Positions 15,765-29,794 of a stretch of 64,000 nt of DNA are shown piece after piece. Position numbers and translations under genes: made by a program. The stretch covers positions 82,026,001-82,090,000 of the forward strand of contig NC_043005.1 of assembly GCF_006345805.1 (NCBI RefSeq), read 5' to 3'. The stretch is from Octopus sinensis (taxonomy: Eukaryota). The notes beneath the pieces are model-generated. The model made no database searches. It was not told the DNA's origin and saw only the letters and a program-made list of their open reading frames with translations. Position 1 is the stretch's first letter. Each line of letters opens with the position of its first letter.

Positions 15765-16027
15765 TGATATTTCATTTATTTGCCAGTAGGGGAAAGGCGA
15801 TGGAGCAATACAAAGACAGACATAATGAAATGATGAAATAATTAAATGAAAAAAGAAACAAAAATAATAATAAGTATACTCGGTATACAAAGAAAAGGAA
15901 GGGAAATATACATAGTGTAGAGAGATTTGAAGAAAAAAAAGTGTGGGACGGAAGGATAGAGATGAGCCCTCCTGATACAGATTGACCTCTAGAGATAATC
16001 GAGGAACCCCACTGTCCAAGATACCCC

Positions 16028-17315
16028 TGAGCACCAATTGTACTATAGACACAATGTCTGAAATTTTGTGGAAGGGACTAGCCGATTACATCGCCCCCAG
16101 TGTTTCACTGGTACTTAATTTATCGACCCTAAAAGGTTGAAAGACAGAGTTGACCTCGATGGAATTTGAACTTAGAATGTAAAAACGGACCAAATGTCGC
16201 TAAGAATTTTGCCCGGTGCGCTAAAGTCTCTGCCAGCTCGCCACATTACCAATAATAATAATGATAATAATGATTTCAAATTTTGGCACAAGGTCAGCAA
16301 TTTTATAATGATAAAAATGCAATACTAGATAATGTCTGTCATGTACATATAAGCACATCCAATCAGTTAAGACCAGGTTGCATGTGTTAGCATGTGTTAG
16401 GCAATAATCCGCATACCACATATAGGAATAAGGAACGAAACTGAATCAAATCAACTGCAGGAACAAGAACAACAACAATTGAGATGCTTGGTATCTCAAT
16501 TGTCAGTATCTTCAAGATGCAAAATCTTGTTGGCCTTGTTGAGACATGAGAACAAATTGCAGAAATTAAAAGACAGCCAAAATGTAATTATAATAATAAT
16601 GATAATAATTATGATAAAAAACATAATTCTTTAAAATTTTGGCACAAGTCCAGGAATATAACCGGGGAATTTTATCGATACCGTCGACCCTAGTTATTGA
16701 TTGGTAATTTATTGATTCCCAAGGAATATAAAGTCAAGCTAGCCTCAGTGGAATTTCGACTCACAGCATAAAGAGCCAGAAGAAAATTGCCGTTGACTAT
16801 TTTGTACGACGCGCTAGCAATTCTACTAATTTGCCGCCTTAATAATTATCATATTTTCTGCTTTAAGTACAAAGACCAGCAGATTTGAGAGCTGCAGATT
16901 AGTGAATTATATCGATACCAGTACTTGACGGGTACACCATTTTATCGACCCCGAAAGGATGAACGGCAATATTGGCATCGTTCGGATTTGAACTCAGAAC
17001 GTAAAGTCAGAAGAAATGCCGCTAACCAGCGCGGTTACGATTCTACCAGCTCACCATATTAATATTAACATTAACAATGACAACAATAGCGGATTGAAAT
17101 TTTGGCACAAGGCCACAAATCCCAGCGGGGGGTGGGTGGGGTGGATACATCGATTACTTCGGCCCCAGTGTTTAACTGGTAACTGTTTCATCGACCCCGA
17201 AAAGATGAAATGCAAGGTCGACCTCGGCAGATTTCGAACTCAGAACGTAAAGACGAACGAAATGTCGCTAAGTATTTACCCGACGTGTTAAAGATTCTGC
17301 CAGCTGGCCGCCTTA
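16028..17315 (-). mobile_element. Cluster of 4-5 same-orientation SINE family B copies separated by (AAT)n
   Basis: Copies at about 16028-16245, 16625-16838, 16845-17055 and 17090-17312, plus a tail stub near 16270. Confidence 0.8.
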
Positions 17316-17929
17316 ACAATGATAATAATGACGCTGATGATGGTGATAATGATGATGATAATAACAATAGACATTTTTATTGATGCCTAATAACCCCATG
17401 GCCATCCTGATCGATCCCAACTATGATCAAAGATTTTCCAGCCGTGACTTATATTCACATATAGTCTACGTAAGTCAAAGTAATCCAATAATTCTTTCTT
17501 TTTAATCATATGATGTGGTTTGAGGAGAGTTGACCGAGTGACCGTGTTAAGGATATCTCTGCTCGTTGGCCCTTTGAAGTGAAATTCGTAGATAGGTGAT
17601 AGACAGAAGAAGCACTGAAAGAAGATAATTCGCTCTGTGAGACATTCTCTTATCATGCATTCACCTACACTGGTCATCTAATCACCACGGCTGACAGATA
17701 ACGATTTTCCGTTTGTTGAATAAGAAAGGTCAATTATATGAGACTATTATGTATCGAAATACGGTGTTGGATAAAGAGTCAGATTTAACTGAATGGCGAC
17801 ACTGAAATATTCTACATGAAATCAGTCATGTATGCTGTACTTTGAGATATCTTTAAGCTTTTATTAGATTCAAAGTGGTCACTGACAGTTGAAGTGTTTT
17901 ACATAGTATAAATATGTATTTTATTATTT

Positions 17930-18470
17930 AGTTTTATTTCTAGATTTCTCGCCAACGGAAATAGAGGCAGTTTCTAACCTGCAACCAAGGCTCTTTCATT
18001 AGCATTTTAATGTCATCAGCAAGGTCAGGTGTAGTTGTACGTGTGGATATAGGAAGTATGTTTTGTTAGTAAGTGTGCAGAGCTGTGCCTGCTTTATGCA
18101 TATGATTCATAAATGTAATTGAATGTCTAGTTACTCCTGTAAAGTCTTACATATCTTTTCTATATGTGTGTGAATATATGCAAGTATGTACGCGTACATA
18201 CATACATACATAGACACTCATATATATCATATATGTGACCTCGTGAGTACCGCTGGCGATTTTTTTCCTCTGTCTTCCCTTCTCGGGATCTCTCCTTCTC
18301 CTTTGTTTCCGACGAAGAGCTCCGCTCGAAACGTTAAACCCTCCTTCTTCCCTTCTTTCCTGAGCGTCCAATAATACTTTATTTGTTCCACGTCCTCGCG
18401 TTGTTGTTTTTTCGTGTTTTCTTCTTTGGATTAACTTTATATATATACATACATGCATACATACATACAT

Positions 18471-18509
<39 letters not shown>

Positions 18510-18640
18510 CGCCATACTAATACAATTGTTTGTTTGTTTCCCACCTGCCTTCGTCTTTTGTCTATTTTCATAAAGCTTCCCGTTATATATGATATGTGTA
18601 TATGTATGTATGCATACATATATACGTACATATACACATA

Positions 18641-18680
<40 letters not shown>

Positions 18681-19868
18681 TATTCAAAGAAGTTCCAACT
18701 CTGTGTTTTTTATGTCTTATATTCTTTATAATATTAATGTAGAATATAGAATATATAGTATAAATAATATATATATATAGTAAAATGAAATGAAGTATTG
18801 ACTGTCTTATTGAACAAATGAAATGTTGAATAAAAAATATCAGGGTACTAATATACTTTCATGCATTATAGCAGTCTTCAAGGTCCCAGGTTGTAACAGT
18901 AGTGTTTCAACAGTTTTATTTCAAGATTTCTCGCCAATAGATAAAGAGCCGGTTTCCAATTTAGATCGAAGTAACTTTTTGGGGAATTTGAACATCAACA
19001 GGGTAATTTTGCATGTATTCATGTAGGTATAGAGTATTTGGAGTGTGCATGTATATAAGTATGTATGCATGTATATAAGTATGTGTGTTTGTAGGTATGA
19101 CAGATCACTTGTAATGCCTCTTGTGCGTACTATCTCGAGTACCACTGTTAAAATGGTATCCATTACAATCTATAGCATGACCGGGTCGTCAATGACTAAA
19201 ACGTCACCGCACCAGGCTAGCCTGGTCTTCCTTGAAGAGGAAGCGGACGAAAAAACATGACCTGTCAAAACGACAGATGAATCCAGTGTAGGTAAATCGA
19301 CCACCTACGAATAGCACGGGCAATCGATTATCTAGGAATCCGACTATCTAGGAATAGCACCGGTTTTTGGTGTCCGGCTTGATAGGAATGAGGTGTCCTC
19401 AGTGTTTTTTTAAAGCATATCGCTAGGAGACAGTCATTCTGATATTGAGCCTGATATGCAATGAATGGCACTGGATAATTCGAGAATCTTTTACTTGCAC
19501 TTGAGTTCATAACACCCCCATATTACACACACTACGACCTATCTTGGCACTAGATATCCTGCCCTGATTTGACTCTAGGTAATGCCAATAGGGAAAAGAG
19601 GGTCTACGAGGTATTGTGCAATCCTTATTGGAACCACAATTTTGGACAAGCATTGCATTGCCAGTGAAGAATGTACTCATTTGCAATTTAGCAGCCATCA
19701 TCTATGTATATAGTAATGTATGTATATGTGTGCATGGGTGGGTATGCATGCATCTGATTGTTCAGTTTTATTTCAAGATTTTTTGCTAATAGAGATAGAG
19801 ACGGTTTCTAACCTAGATCAAATGCTTCTCCATTGGAAGCTCAACATCAAAAGCAAGGTATTTTTGTA
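17930..19868. repeat. Three dispersed copies of a ~100-bp repeat (about 17930-18030, 18905-19015, 19762-19868)
   Basis: Shared motif agttttatttc(a/t)agattt...gcc/gctaa...ggtttctaacct. Confidence 0.7.
18230..18436 (+). mobile_element. Penelope-like terminal repeat fragment with hammerhead-like motif (18305-18339)
   Basis: GTTT-CCGACGA-A-GAGC tcc GCTC-GAAAC-GTT-AAAC followed by CCTGAGCGT, the same organisation as the element at 44668-44850. Confidence 0.6.
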
Positions 19869-20723
19869 TGTATGTATGTATGTATGTATATGTGCAGATT
19901 TGTATGTTTCCTTTTATGTATGTATTCTCATGTTTATAGTTGCATATGTAGACATGCTCATACATATTTAAATGATAAACTTCTAGAAAGTTTCTTTACA
20001 GGTTTTTACCGTTCCAGTGATTGACTGAATCTGTAGCCATCTAATTGTATTATGTATGTAATCTGTATGTTTGTATGCATGTCTGTACGTATGTATGTAT
20101 GTATGTATGTATGTATGTATGTATGTGTATGTGTGTGTGTATGTATGTATGTATGTATATATGTATGTACGTACGTACGTACGTATGTATCTAATATGTA
20201 TGTATGTATTATGTATGTTTGTATATGTATGTATATATGTATGCATATATGCAGGTATGTATCATACGTATGCATACATGCATGCAACCGTGTATGTATG
20301 AATGTATGGATGGATGGATGAAAGCCTGTATGTGAGTACTTATGCATTCTATGTCTGTATAGAGAGGAAAAATGGAGGGTTGGATGAATGAATGGACAGA
20401 CGGTTGGAATGATGCATACGTATACGAAAGTATGGATGCATGACTATAGGTATACATAGATGTAATTGTTAAGTACGTATGGATGCATACATGTGTATAT
20501 CCACATGAGTATATGGATATGAATGCATTTCATGATTATGTGGCGGCGACATATGTACTGACATATAATAATACCCCCTTCTAGTGTTGACATGTCTTTG
20601 GTTATGAAATGATATCTTTGACGTCTTACGTACGCAGCAGTTGTCCAGGCATAATGTAATTGATAAATTACAAACGCTGTTACAGTCGTAGACTCATACA
20701 TCATACATGCTTATATATATGTA

Positions 20724-20773
<50 letters not shown>

Positions 20774-21591
20774 GTGTGTGTGTGTGTGTATTTATAACTA
20801 CAGACATAACAGTCAGAAAATCAGGCAGACGGAGAGACACGTGCGCATATACATGTGTACATGTTCATACCTACATACATACATTCATATATGCATATAT
20901 ATATATATATGAGAAATTTATGAACACGCAAGAATGTTGAACATATATGTGATATTAGTCTTGGATGAATCATAATTATATATACTTAGAGCTCTCTCTG
21001 TCTATGTATATATATATATGCACCTGTCTGTGTGTGTGTGTATATATATATATGCATGTGTGTGTGTACACACACATATACACCAGAGTAAACACATAAA
21101 TATGAAACCAGTTCGGAAAAATAGTACTCGAATACCGGAGGTAGAATAATATGCTTTATTAAAAAGCAGCAAAAACATCATAAAAACAGTGATATTTTTG
21201 CTTTTTTTTAATATATAGAAAAATGTACAGGCGGAGCAAAGGAGCAACTTCGATAATATAACATGATGTGAAAAAATATAATGAATTGTGAATCTGTTGG
21301 AAGTGTTGGTTGCCTTATTAATCAGAATACCTTCTTATGAACTAGAATACTTAGGAATGTAAAAGAAGTAGAAAATCTACTGCGAACATGTCTATATGGA
21401 TTATCATTCATTCATACATGTTTTTGATTGCTGAGCACGAAAGATTTCCCATTTTTTCCGCTATACATTGTACACGTGCTTGGGATAAATAAATATGGTC
21501 TCCTTTTATCCTTCTTTGATTGCATTTTATACGGCAATACCCTTTCATATATATAAGTATACACACAGTTTAACTTTTATATACGTGTATA

Positions 21592-21634
<43 letters not shown>

Positions 21635-21637
21635 CAT

Positions 21638-21800
21638 AGGTGCAGGCTTGGCTGCCTGTTAATTTGCTTCACAGCCACTTGATCCTGGGTTCAATTCCGT
21701 TGAGTGGCACCTTGGGCGACTATCTTCTACTACAGCCGCGGGTCAAGCAAAGCCTTCTGAATGAGTCTGGTAGACGGAAACTGAAAGAAGTCCGCCATAC
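21638..21800 (+). mobile_element. SINE family A, 5' half
   Basis: tRNA-like head aggtgcaggcttggct...gggttcaattcc, then ggcaccttgggc...ggtagacggaaactgaaagaag. Confidence 0.75.
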
Positions 21801-21964
21801 ACTCTCTCTCTCTCACACACATACATATATATTTATATATATGTAAAATAATTACTATGAAGTATTGTGTAGAATATATTGATCGTGGTTAGAGCCAAAA
21901 CAATGCGAAGTAAATGCAAAGTAAATCATAAGCAAACAAATATGGGAATTAATGTACACTAACC

Positions 21965-22290
21965 TTGTATTCAATATTTCGTGGTTATGAACCCATTTTC
22001 AAGAAATTGACTAATGATGCCAATGTGCGCGTGTATGTGGGCGTGTGTGGAGCGGACACGCGCAGAATAGTGTTGCCATAGCAACCAGATAGCTTCACGT
22101 AACTCCCTTCTATTGTTGATTTTAGGTTTCTTTTGGTGTATGAGGATGGCTTCAGAGATTCTAAGGTTGCCTCTGTTCCGTTGTGCACTATGAATTCCTG
22201 GGTCTTGCATTTCCGTTGATTCTTCACTTTAAAAAAAAAATTTTGATCACTTTGATCCATATTTTACTCGACTGTGTCCTCTTAGCCATT
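21965..22290 (-). pseudogene. Penelope-like element remnant: C-terminus of a GIY-YIG endonuclease plus downstream decayed hammerhead-like motif
   Basis: Frameshifted peptide ...NRGNLRISEAILIHQKKPKINNRRE fits the E-x-x-x-I-x-x-x-x-P-x-x-N end of PLE endonucleases. The motif cttgaaaatg-GGTT cat AACC-ac-GAAAtatt lies at 21973-22003. Confidence 0.55.
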
Positions 22291-22367
22291 TCATATTAAA
22301 AAAAATAATACGTTTTCATAATTAAATATTATTAGGAATTGTATAAGATTAAAAAAATTGTTAAAAC

Positions 22368-22720
22368 AGGCGCAGGCATTGCTGTATGTTAAGAACCTTA
22401 CTTCCCCAGCACACTGTTCAGAGTTCAGTCCAACTGGGTGAGATTTTGGGCAAGTGCTTTCTTCTGTAGCCTCGGGCCGTCTAAAGCTGTGTCTTTCTGT
22501 CAATCTGTCTGTGTGTGTGTGTGCCTTTGTGTCTGTGTTTTCTCACCAACGAGATAACCGGTGTTGGTGTGTTTCCGACCCTGTAACATAGCGGTTGCCC
22601 CCACCCCCAAATAAAACGATACAATGAGTACTAGGCTTTTAAAAAATAAGTTCTTGGGGAAGTTTGTTCGACTAGCGGTGCCCATCATGGCGGCTATCAA
22701 ATGACTGAAGCAAATAAAAA
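22368..22720 (+). mobile_element. SINE family A, near full length
   Basis: Head aggcgcaggcattgctgt..., body ttgggcaagtg...tagcctcgggccg, tail ...atcaaatgactgaa. Confidence 0.85.
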
Positions 22721-22876
22721 GGAATGTAATCTAGAAGTATACCAAGTTTATTGCATATAAACAGAATCTTATATCGACGCCCAGGGGCCATATAGATCCT
22801 GGTTGACAATCACTAGTTTTGAGAGAGGATGATAAGGAATTAACACAAGAATTGCAGAAAACCTTCTGAAAAAATA

Positions 22877-23236
22877 CACGTAGGATTGGCTGTGTGGTAA
22901 GTAGTTTACTTACCAGTTTACTTACCAACCAAATAGTTCCAAGTTCAGTCCCGCTGCGTGGCATCTTGAGCAAGTGTCTTCTACTATAGCCTCGGACCGA
23001 CCAAAGCCTGTATATATATATATATACATACATGTATATGTGCGTCTGTGTTTGTCCCCGCCACCATCGGTTTATAACCGATGTTGGTGTTTTTACGTCC
23101 CACTAACTTACCAGTTTGGCAAAATACACCGATATAGTAAGTACTAGGCTTAGAAAGTATGTCCTGAGGTCGATTTGCTTGACTAAGGGCGGTGCTCCAG
23201 CATAGACACAGTCAAATGACTGAAACAAGTAAAAGA
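22877..23236 (+). mobile_element. SINE family A, near full length
   Basis: Same head, body and tail, ending ggcggtgctccagcatagacacagtcaaatgactgaaacaagtaaaaga. Confidence 0.85.
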
Positions 23237-23910
23237 ATGCGTTTTTACCACGGAAGAGTTCGCCATTAAGTTGATGAAATTTAGAAAATTAATAACTTGC
23301 TTATTGCAACTATAAAAATGAAAAATTCATATTATTTTAATTCTATTTTAAGGTGAGAACAAAATTTCTTCGGAAAATTATTATGCATTTCATCATTTTG
23401 TATAAGCAATAAGAAATTCGTTTTCAATTTTTAATAATAATCATTGTATGAATGTCCCACTTCCTGATTGGTTCCAGAACAGCACTAATATACTTCGAAA
23501 TATACCGGTCTTACGATGAGTAATATTGTAGTTTCATTATGTCAGCTTAGAAATTTTAAAAAATAAATTGCAATCCCTGATATTCATATACCATACCTTT
23601 CGGGGGACCAAATACTCTGTGTTAAATTTTAACCTGTAATAGTTAAAGTCATGGTCTATGTTATTCCACAAGTGTCAATACGGTAGACATACATCGCCGC
23701 GTTTATGCAAACGGTTACAGGCATAAAGATGTAGAAAGCGTACAGATGCAGGCAGATGTAACGCTATGCTGGTTGTCAATGCACGTACAGTAGGGAACTT
23801 ACAGAGACACACACTTCTATCAATCTGTCTGTCAGTCTATCTATCTATCTATCTATCTATTATATATAGATATATCATATATATATATATATATATATAC
23901 ATATGCACAT

Positions 23911-23948
<38 letters not shown>

Positions 23949-24037
23949 TATATAAACATATGTTTATGTATATATATACACATATGTATGTATTTATCTA
24001 TCTATAAATGTGTTCTTGTATGTATATATATATATAT

Positions 24038-24087
<50 letters not shown>

Positions 24088-24377
24088 ATATTTATACCGA
24101 CATTCATATATACATGCATACATATACGTAATAGGTAGTGTATTGCTGACATGCTTAACCTAGATTTTCTATGTTAAAGCATATTACTTAGGAAATGTGC
24201 CTGACTGCATTCCATGTCAGTTTTCCAACATTTTATGTGCTGCAGTTGTATTTCTTTCATACAAATCTCATTCCCACACTCTCTTCCGTATGTGTGTACG
24301 CACATACATACATACATACACACATATCTATATCTATATATATCTATCTATATCGATCTACCTATCTGTCTATCTAC

Positions 24378-24433
<56 letters not shown>

Positions 24434-24502
24434 TTGTCTGTCTGTCTGTATATCTATATCGATATATATATATATATATGTGTGTGTATATATATGTATA
24501 CA

Positions 24503-24572
<70 letters not shown>

Positions 24573-27500
24573 GCACATACGTGTATGTGCCTCTGTATGC
24601 ATACAAACACATTGAATGTAAGAAATGCACGAAGGTGTGTGTTTTTTGCCGATGTAATAATCGTAGTGGCAGTGGACAGAAGAGCGTGTAGATATACGAT
24701 AAATATATTGTATGTGTGTCTAGTAGGAATGGAAGAGTGAAGTAGTTAATGAGGAACGGTTGACTGACGAACAGCAGAGTGAACGATGAGATTCTGACTC
24801 GCAGCTCTTTTTGTGTAGGCCACTGTAATCGATAAGAGAGAAGAGAGAAAAAGAGAGCGGAGAGTGAGAGAAAGGGAAGCCAGAGGATGGAGAGAGCAAT
24901 TCATAACGAAGAGCCTACACATGCACACAGACACATAGAATCACAGAAACACACATACACACATATATATATATGCACGCAGGCACACGTTGAGAGGATG
25001 AGAGTTAGAAGTGGGAGATTGGGAGAATCGATCGATCGAAAGTAAAATACTTAGATCATAAATTGATGGAGAGTGTTTTTTTCATTATTATAACAAGGAA
25101 CTACATACGTGTATGTGTGTGTGCGTGCGTGTGTGCGTGTGTGTGTGCGTGCGTGTATAATATGCATGTTACTATATATTTATGCGTATATAAATGTTTA
25201 TATATATATTTATATATACGTATGTGCATTATACATATACACGTGTGCACGCACACACGCATATATGTGTGTATGTACATGTGTAGGTGTGGATATATAT
25301 ATATATATAGAGAGATAGACAGACAGACAGACTGATTGTTAGCTGACCCAATTCAAACTCCAGCATGGCCGCAGTCTAATAACTGAAACAAATGAAGGAT
25401 AAAAGATAAACGAGATTTGTGTGTGTGTGCGTGTGTGTGTGTGAGTGTGTGCGTATGGGTATGCATGTATGGCATTCCTTTTTGTTTTTTGAATTTACGT
25501 AACCAGGAGCGATTGAGGATTCTCCTCAGCTGTAACCACTTGCTATGAACATAACCCAATGCATTCAGTTCTAAATCTGATTTTTGTATGAAGATACACA
25601 CACACATACACACACACGCACACATACACACACAGACACACATACGTGCACACACAATAACTTTGAATAGTAAGAAGAGTTAGAACGACAATGACCTTAA
25701 TATAATCATTTCAGCATAAAGTAATGAAATCTAACAATCGTTTCTTTAGGCTACACACACGTAAGCTTCAAAAAATCTATTTGTACAATCAAATCTATCA
25801 ATTGTTTTCCAAATATATATGTTTATTCGAAACTCTAAAAAAAAATCCAGAACGTGTACAATCAACTCGTATTTTTAAGATGGTTGAGTTCGATAAGGTA
25901 TGTAAAAGGAAAAACGAAAGTTAATTTGTTGTGGAGACATGCATAGTATTAAAACGAAGCCGAGCCTTAAAGTTGCAGTGACGATATGTTTTGCTTTAAG
26001 ACTAGTGAATGAATAGCTTAGAACCACCAGTTATCTGCTATGTGTCAACAATAACGTAACCAGTCCAGATGCTGAGCACTTGTTGCTTAGATTATCGTTT
26101 TTTTTTAGAAAGATATTCCAACTGAATAAGTTTATAGGCATAAAAAAAAACGGAAGGGCGAACAGTAAGAAGATTGTTTGGCTAAAATTATGAGGAACAA
26201 GGAAAAAAGAGAGCGGTGATGACGAAGACTAAAAGGAGGGCAGTGATGACGACGACTAAAATGAGAGCAGTATGGTGCTGGAGGAGATAAAAGAATATAA
26301 AATAGAACATAATTGAATGGGTCAGGAGGATTTCGTTAGTGTGTTTAGATGGAGCCATGGCAAGCAGGTAGGTAGTCTAGATGAGACGAAACTATTATAA
26401 ATACAATAGAAAGTATTGGGAAGAAGAGGTCAACGACGGGCATTTCTATTTGAAGTCACTTCTGAGCTGATAGGATGAATATGAGAAATATAGGAATGTC
26501 AGTGTTAATCGATTATATCGTTCTTCATAAATTTGTAGCCCCGTGCTTAAATTAGATGTTTATACTTTGGAAGATCATGATAAAAAAAACAATGCCATAT
26601 GTATCTAGTGCTAACGCTTTGGCTAAATAAAGAAACATATTCTCGTTGTTTTGCATTGAAAAGCAAAGTGAAATCAAACAGTGTAACGAAGATATATTTC
26701 TGAAAATAAAATGAGAAAAAACAAAATGAAGACGCATTTATTGGTTGTCTTTCCATTAGTGATAAAGTCCGTATATTTTAGAATAAAATTTCATGAAAAG
26801 CGAAATAAATTTAACTGAATGACTAGAATGTTAAACTTAGGTTCGCTTGCTCTTCAACAGATTATAGAAAAATACATGATTCCTTTTAGACTTTGTTGAT
26901 TGACAAAATCCCGAAACGTTACGCATTCTACTCGCCATGCCAGTCAAGTCTCTTCCGCAGTCCACGAAGGCTTCATCTAACTAATTGTTATCCACGCAGT
27001 CATTCTCCATTTTCCTTGCATTCTCAGAATATTTCTCTAGCATTTTTGGAAGGATGGAGGTAATTTGATTCGTTTGGCTTTCACAATATTCTTCTGGGGC
27101 GCTTTTGTGCTTTAAGAGTTTCCTTTCCAAGAAATCTAAACTAGTACAAGCTCTCAACAGGTTAGGAAGCCCTAGGATTTAATGGGTACCATATCAGTGG
27201 TACCCACCCATTAAATACTAAACACTTCCAACGGCCATGCAGTTATAAAGCATGCAGTTATGATGCGTGCATTTATAAAGCAAGGTTTGTTTCGCTTCCT
27301 TTTGTTTCAATGGCTTCAGTAAAGTTATTGTATGTTGAAAACCCCTCATTCAAGCTAAAGTTAATTAAATCGATCAGAGTAGTTATTCAATTAACTGGTA
27401 ATTGATATTTTGACCTTGCAAAAATTAAAGACAAAGCGGACTTAGTCAGTGTTTAGCTCAGAACATTACAAAAAAATTGTATTCTGTTAGTCATTCAATA

Positions 27501-28629
27501 ATGATCCATCCATCCATCTATCCATCCATTCATCGATCCATTGGTCTATCCATCCATTCATCCACTTATTCATCTATCCAACCGTGCGTCCACCCATACA
27601 TCCACCCATCCTAATTTCCCTCTCTCCTTCCATCCGGCCATCTATCCCATCCCCTCCCATCCTATAATCCATCCATCCATCCATCCATCCATGAAGCCAT
27701 CTATCTATACTTCCAACAAACATTTATTTCATCCCTTCAACCATAATCACAAATATATCCCCACTATTTATGATGTTCTTGTTTTCCCCTAAAATCCGCT
27801 CTAGTGGAGCAGATCAATGTTGACATGTTGCTTTCCGGCTTTGAACATGTGACCACCGTGTATACATATATATATATATATATATATACATACATCATGT
27901 ACAACATATTCTCCAAAGTAATGTGACCTTCCCACTCCACGTCACTGTAATAGAAGAATGCACGCATACCTATATAAATGCTTCATAGCAATGTGGCTTT
28001 CATTTTAATTTAACAAGACGGGTGTCTGCGTGGAAACATCACTCGCTGGTTCGTAGTGAAATGGTGGGAAGTTGCTTAACCTTGTGGCATTGAAACTTCA
28101 AATAGATATCTAACCCTGCTATCTCCTAACTTAAGGGAATTCATGTCATTTACGCTATTAGCTATTTTAAGGTAAGTGTACTTGAATAAACTGCGGATCG
28201 AAGCAATCAGATGATCTCTACACGCAAAGAGCATGGCCATTGATCTATGGCGCGAGATACTACCAGTATTCGAGCAAAATGGTAATATAAAACGAAAATT
28301 GATAATAAATTAAGTAAAGGAAAAAAACAGAAGCAAGCAAACAGAAAACTCCACGTAGCTTTTATATCATACAATAAACAGTGGCACTTAGCTCGGTGTT
28401 GTGTTGACGATCACACATCGAAAGCGTAAAGCTATGCTTGTATGTTCGTTTATATCTATAATATGGATGTATATAGACATGCCTATGTATGTCGGTGAGA
28501 GTGGGTGATACATGTGTGATAGCTCGTGAGTATATGTATATATATATATATATATATGCGTACGCACAAACAATCACGTAAACGTACCAACACACAAATA
28601 TATGAACATAAACACATATTCATAGCTTC

Positions 28630-28677
<48 letters not shown>

Positions 28678-28726
28678 GCGCATATGTATAAATATATATA
28701 TGGATATGCATATACCTGTATATATA

Positions 28727-28771
<45 letters not shown>

Positions 28772-28905
28772 GAAAAGTACATACATCCAAAGGCATACTT
28801 ATTTGCACTTATATATATACATACATGTTTGTGTTTTATGTATATATAGATATCATTTATGTATGTATGTATGTATGTATGTATGTATGTATGTATGTAT
28901 GTATG

Positions 28906-28937
<32 letters not shown>

Positions 28938-29719
28938 CATGATCGTTAACGCTGTAAGTGCGCGTGTATTTGTATATATAGACTATGATTGTGTGTGTGT
29001 GTGCATACGTGTGTGTGAGCTCATATGTGGTGGCAGTATAACTCTATGATATTGCTCTGCACGGAGAAATCTCATGAATATTAAATGAAAATCTTGCTTG
29101 GTAGCCGTTAATTATAAACAAAGACCACACAGAAGAAAATGTATAATAATGCACTCGTAAAATGGGCAATGCTAGCCTTGTTAATTATGCATGCATACAC
29201 ACTCGATACTGAGGCATAGATAGATAGATAGATAGATAGATTGATAGATATGGAAGGAATTCAACAGTGAGATTTAAAAAGATATACATATGCACGCGCG
29301 CGTGTGTGTGTGTATATATATATAGAGAAAAAGAGACAAAGAAAAAGTGAGCTGAATTAACAGATAAGTTGGATACATGATTTTATTGGTGACTGGAGGG
29401 ATTGTGGGGTCATAAATTGACATAAATTCAAACGTATTCATATACACATGCATAGAAATACTCAATCACGTATAAAGATACAGCCGTGCACACGTTGGCT
29501 CCTCTCTCTGTCTTCTCGCTCACCCAATTTTTACTTGATGTACGTCGATAGGGAGAGGCGTCAAGAAACTTGTAGAAGGAAATATACGTAGGTATGCGTG
29601 CATTCGTCAATTACTTTGAATACAACAAATGTACATGTTTCATTCCAGCAGGTGTTTGTCAAGCATTAACTAGTTTTATGTATGCTTATAGAGTTAATGC
29701 TTACGTATATCTGCTCATA

Positions 29720-29794
<75 letters not shown>

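Noticed and set aside
19095-19700. High-complexity block suspected to be an exon or decayed reverse transcriptase
   Set aside because: Stops occur in all frames and I could not match any motif convincingly; it needs a tblastx search.
26990-27172. Minus-strand open frame LPNLLRACTSLDFLERKLL...DCVDNN
   Set aside because: About 60 codons with a weak acceptor and no recognisable homology; within chance expectation.
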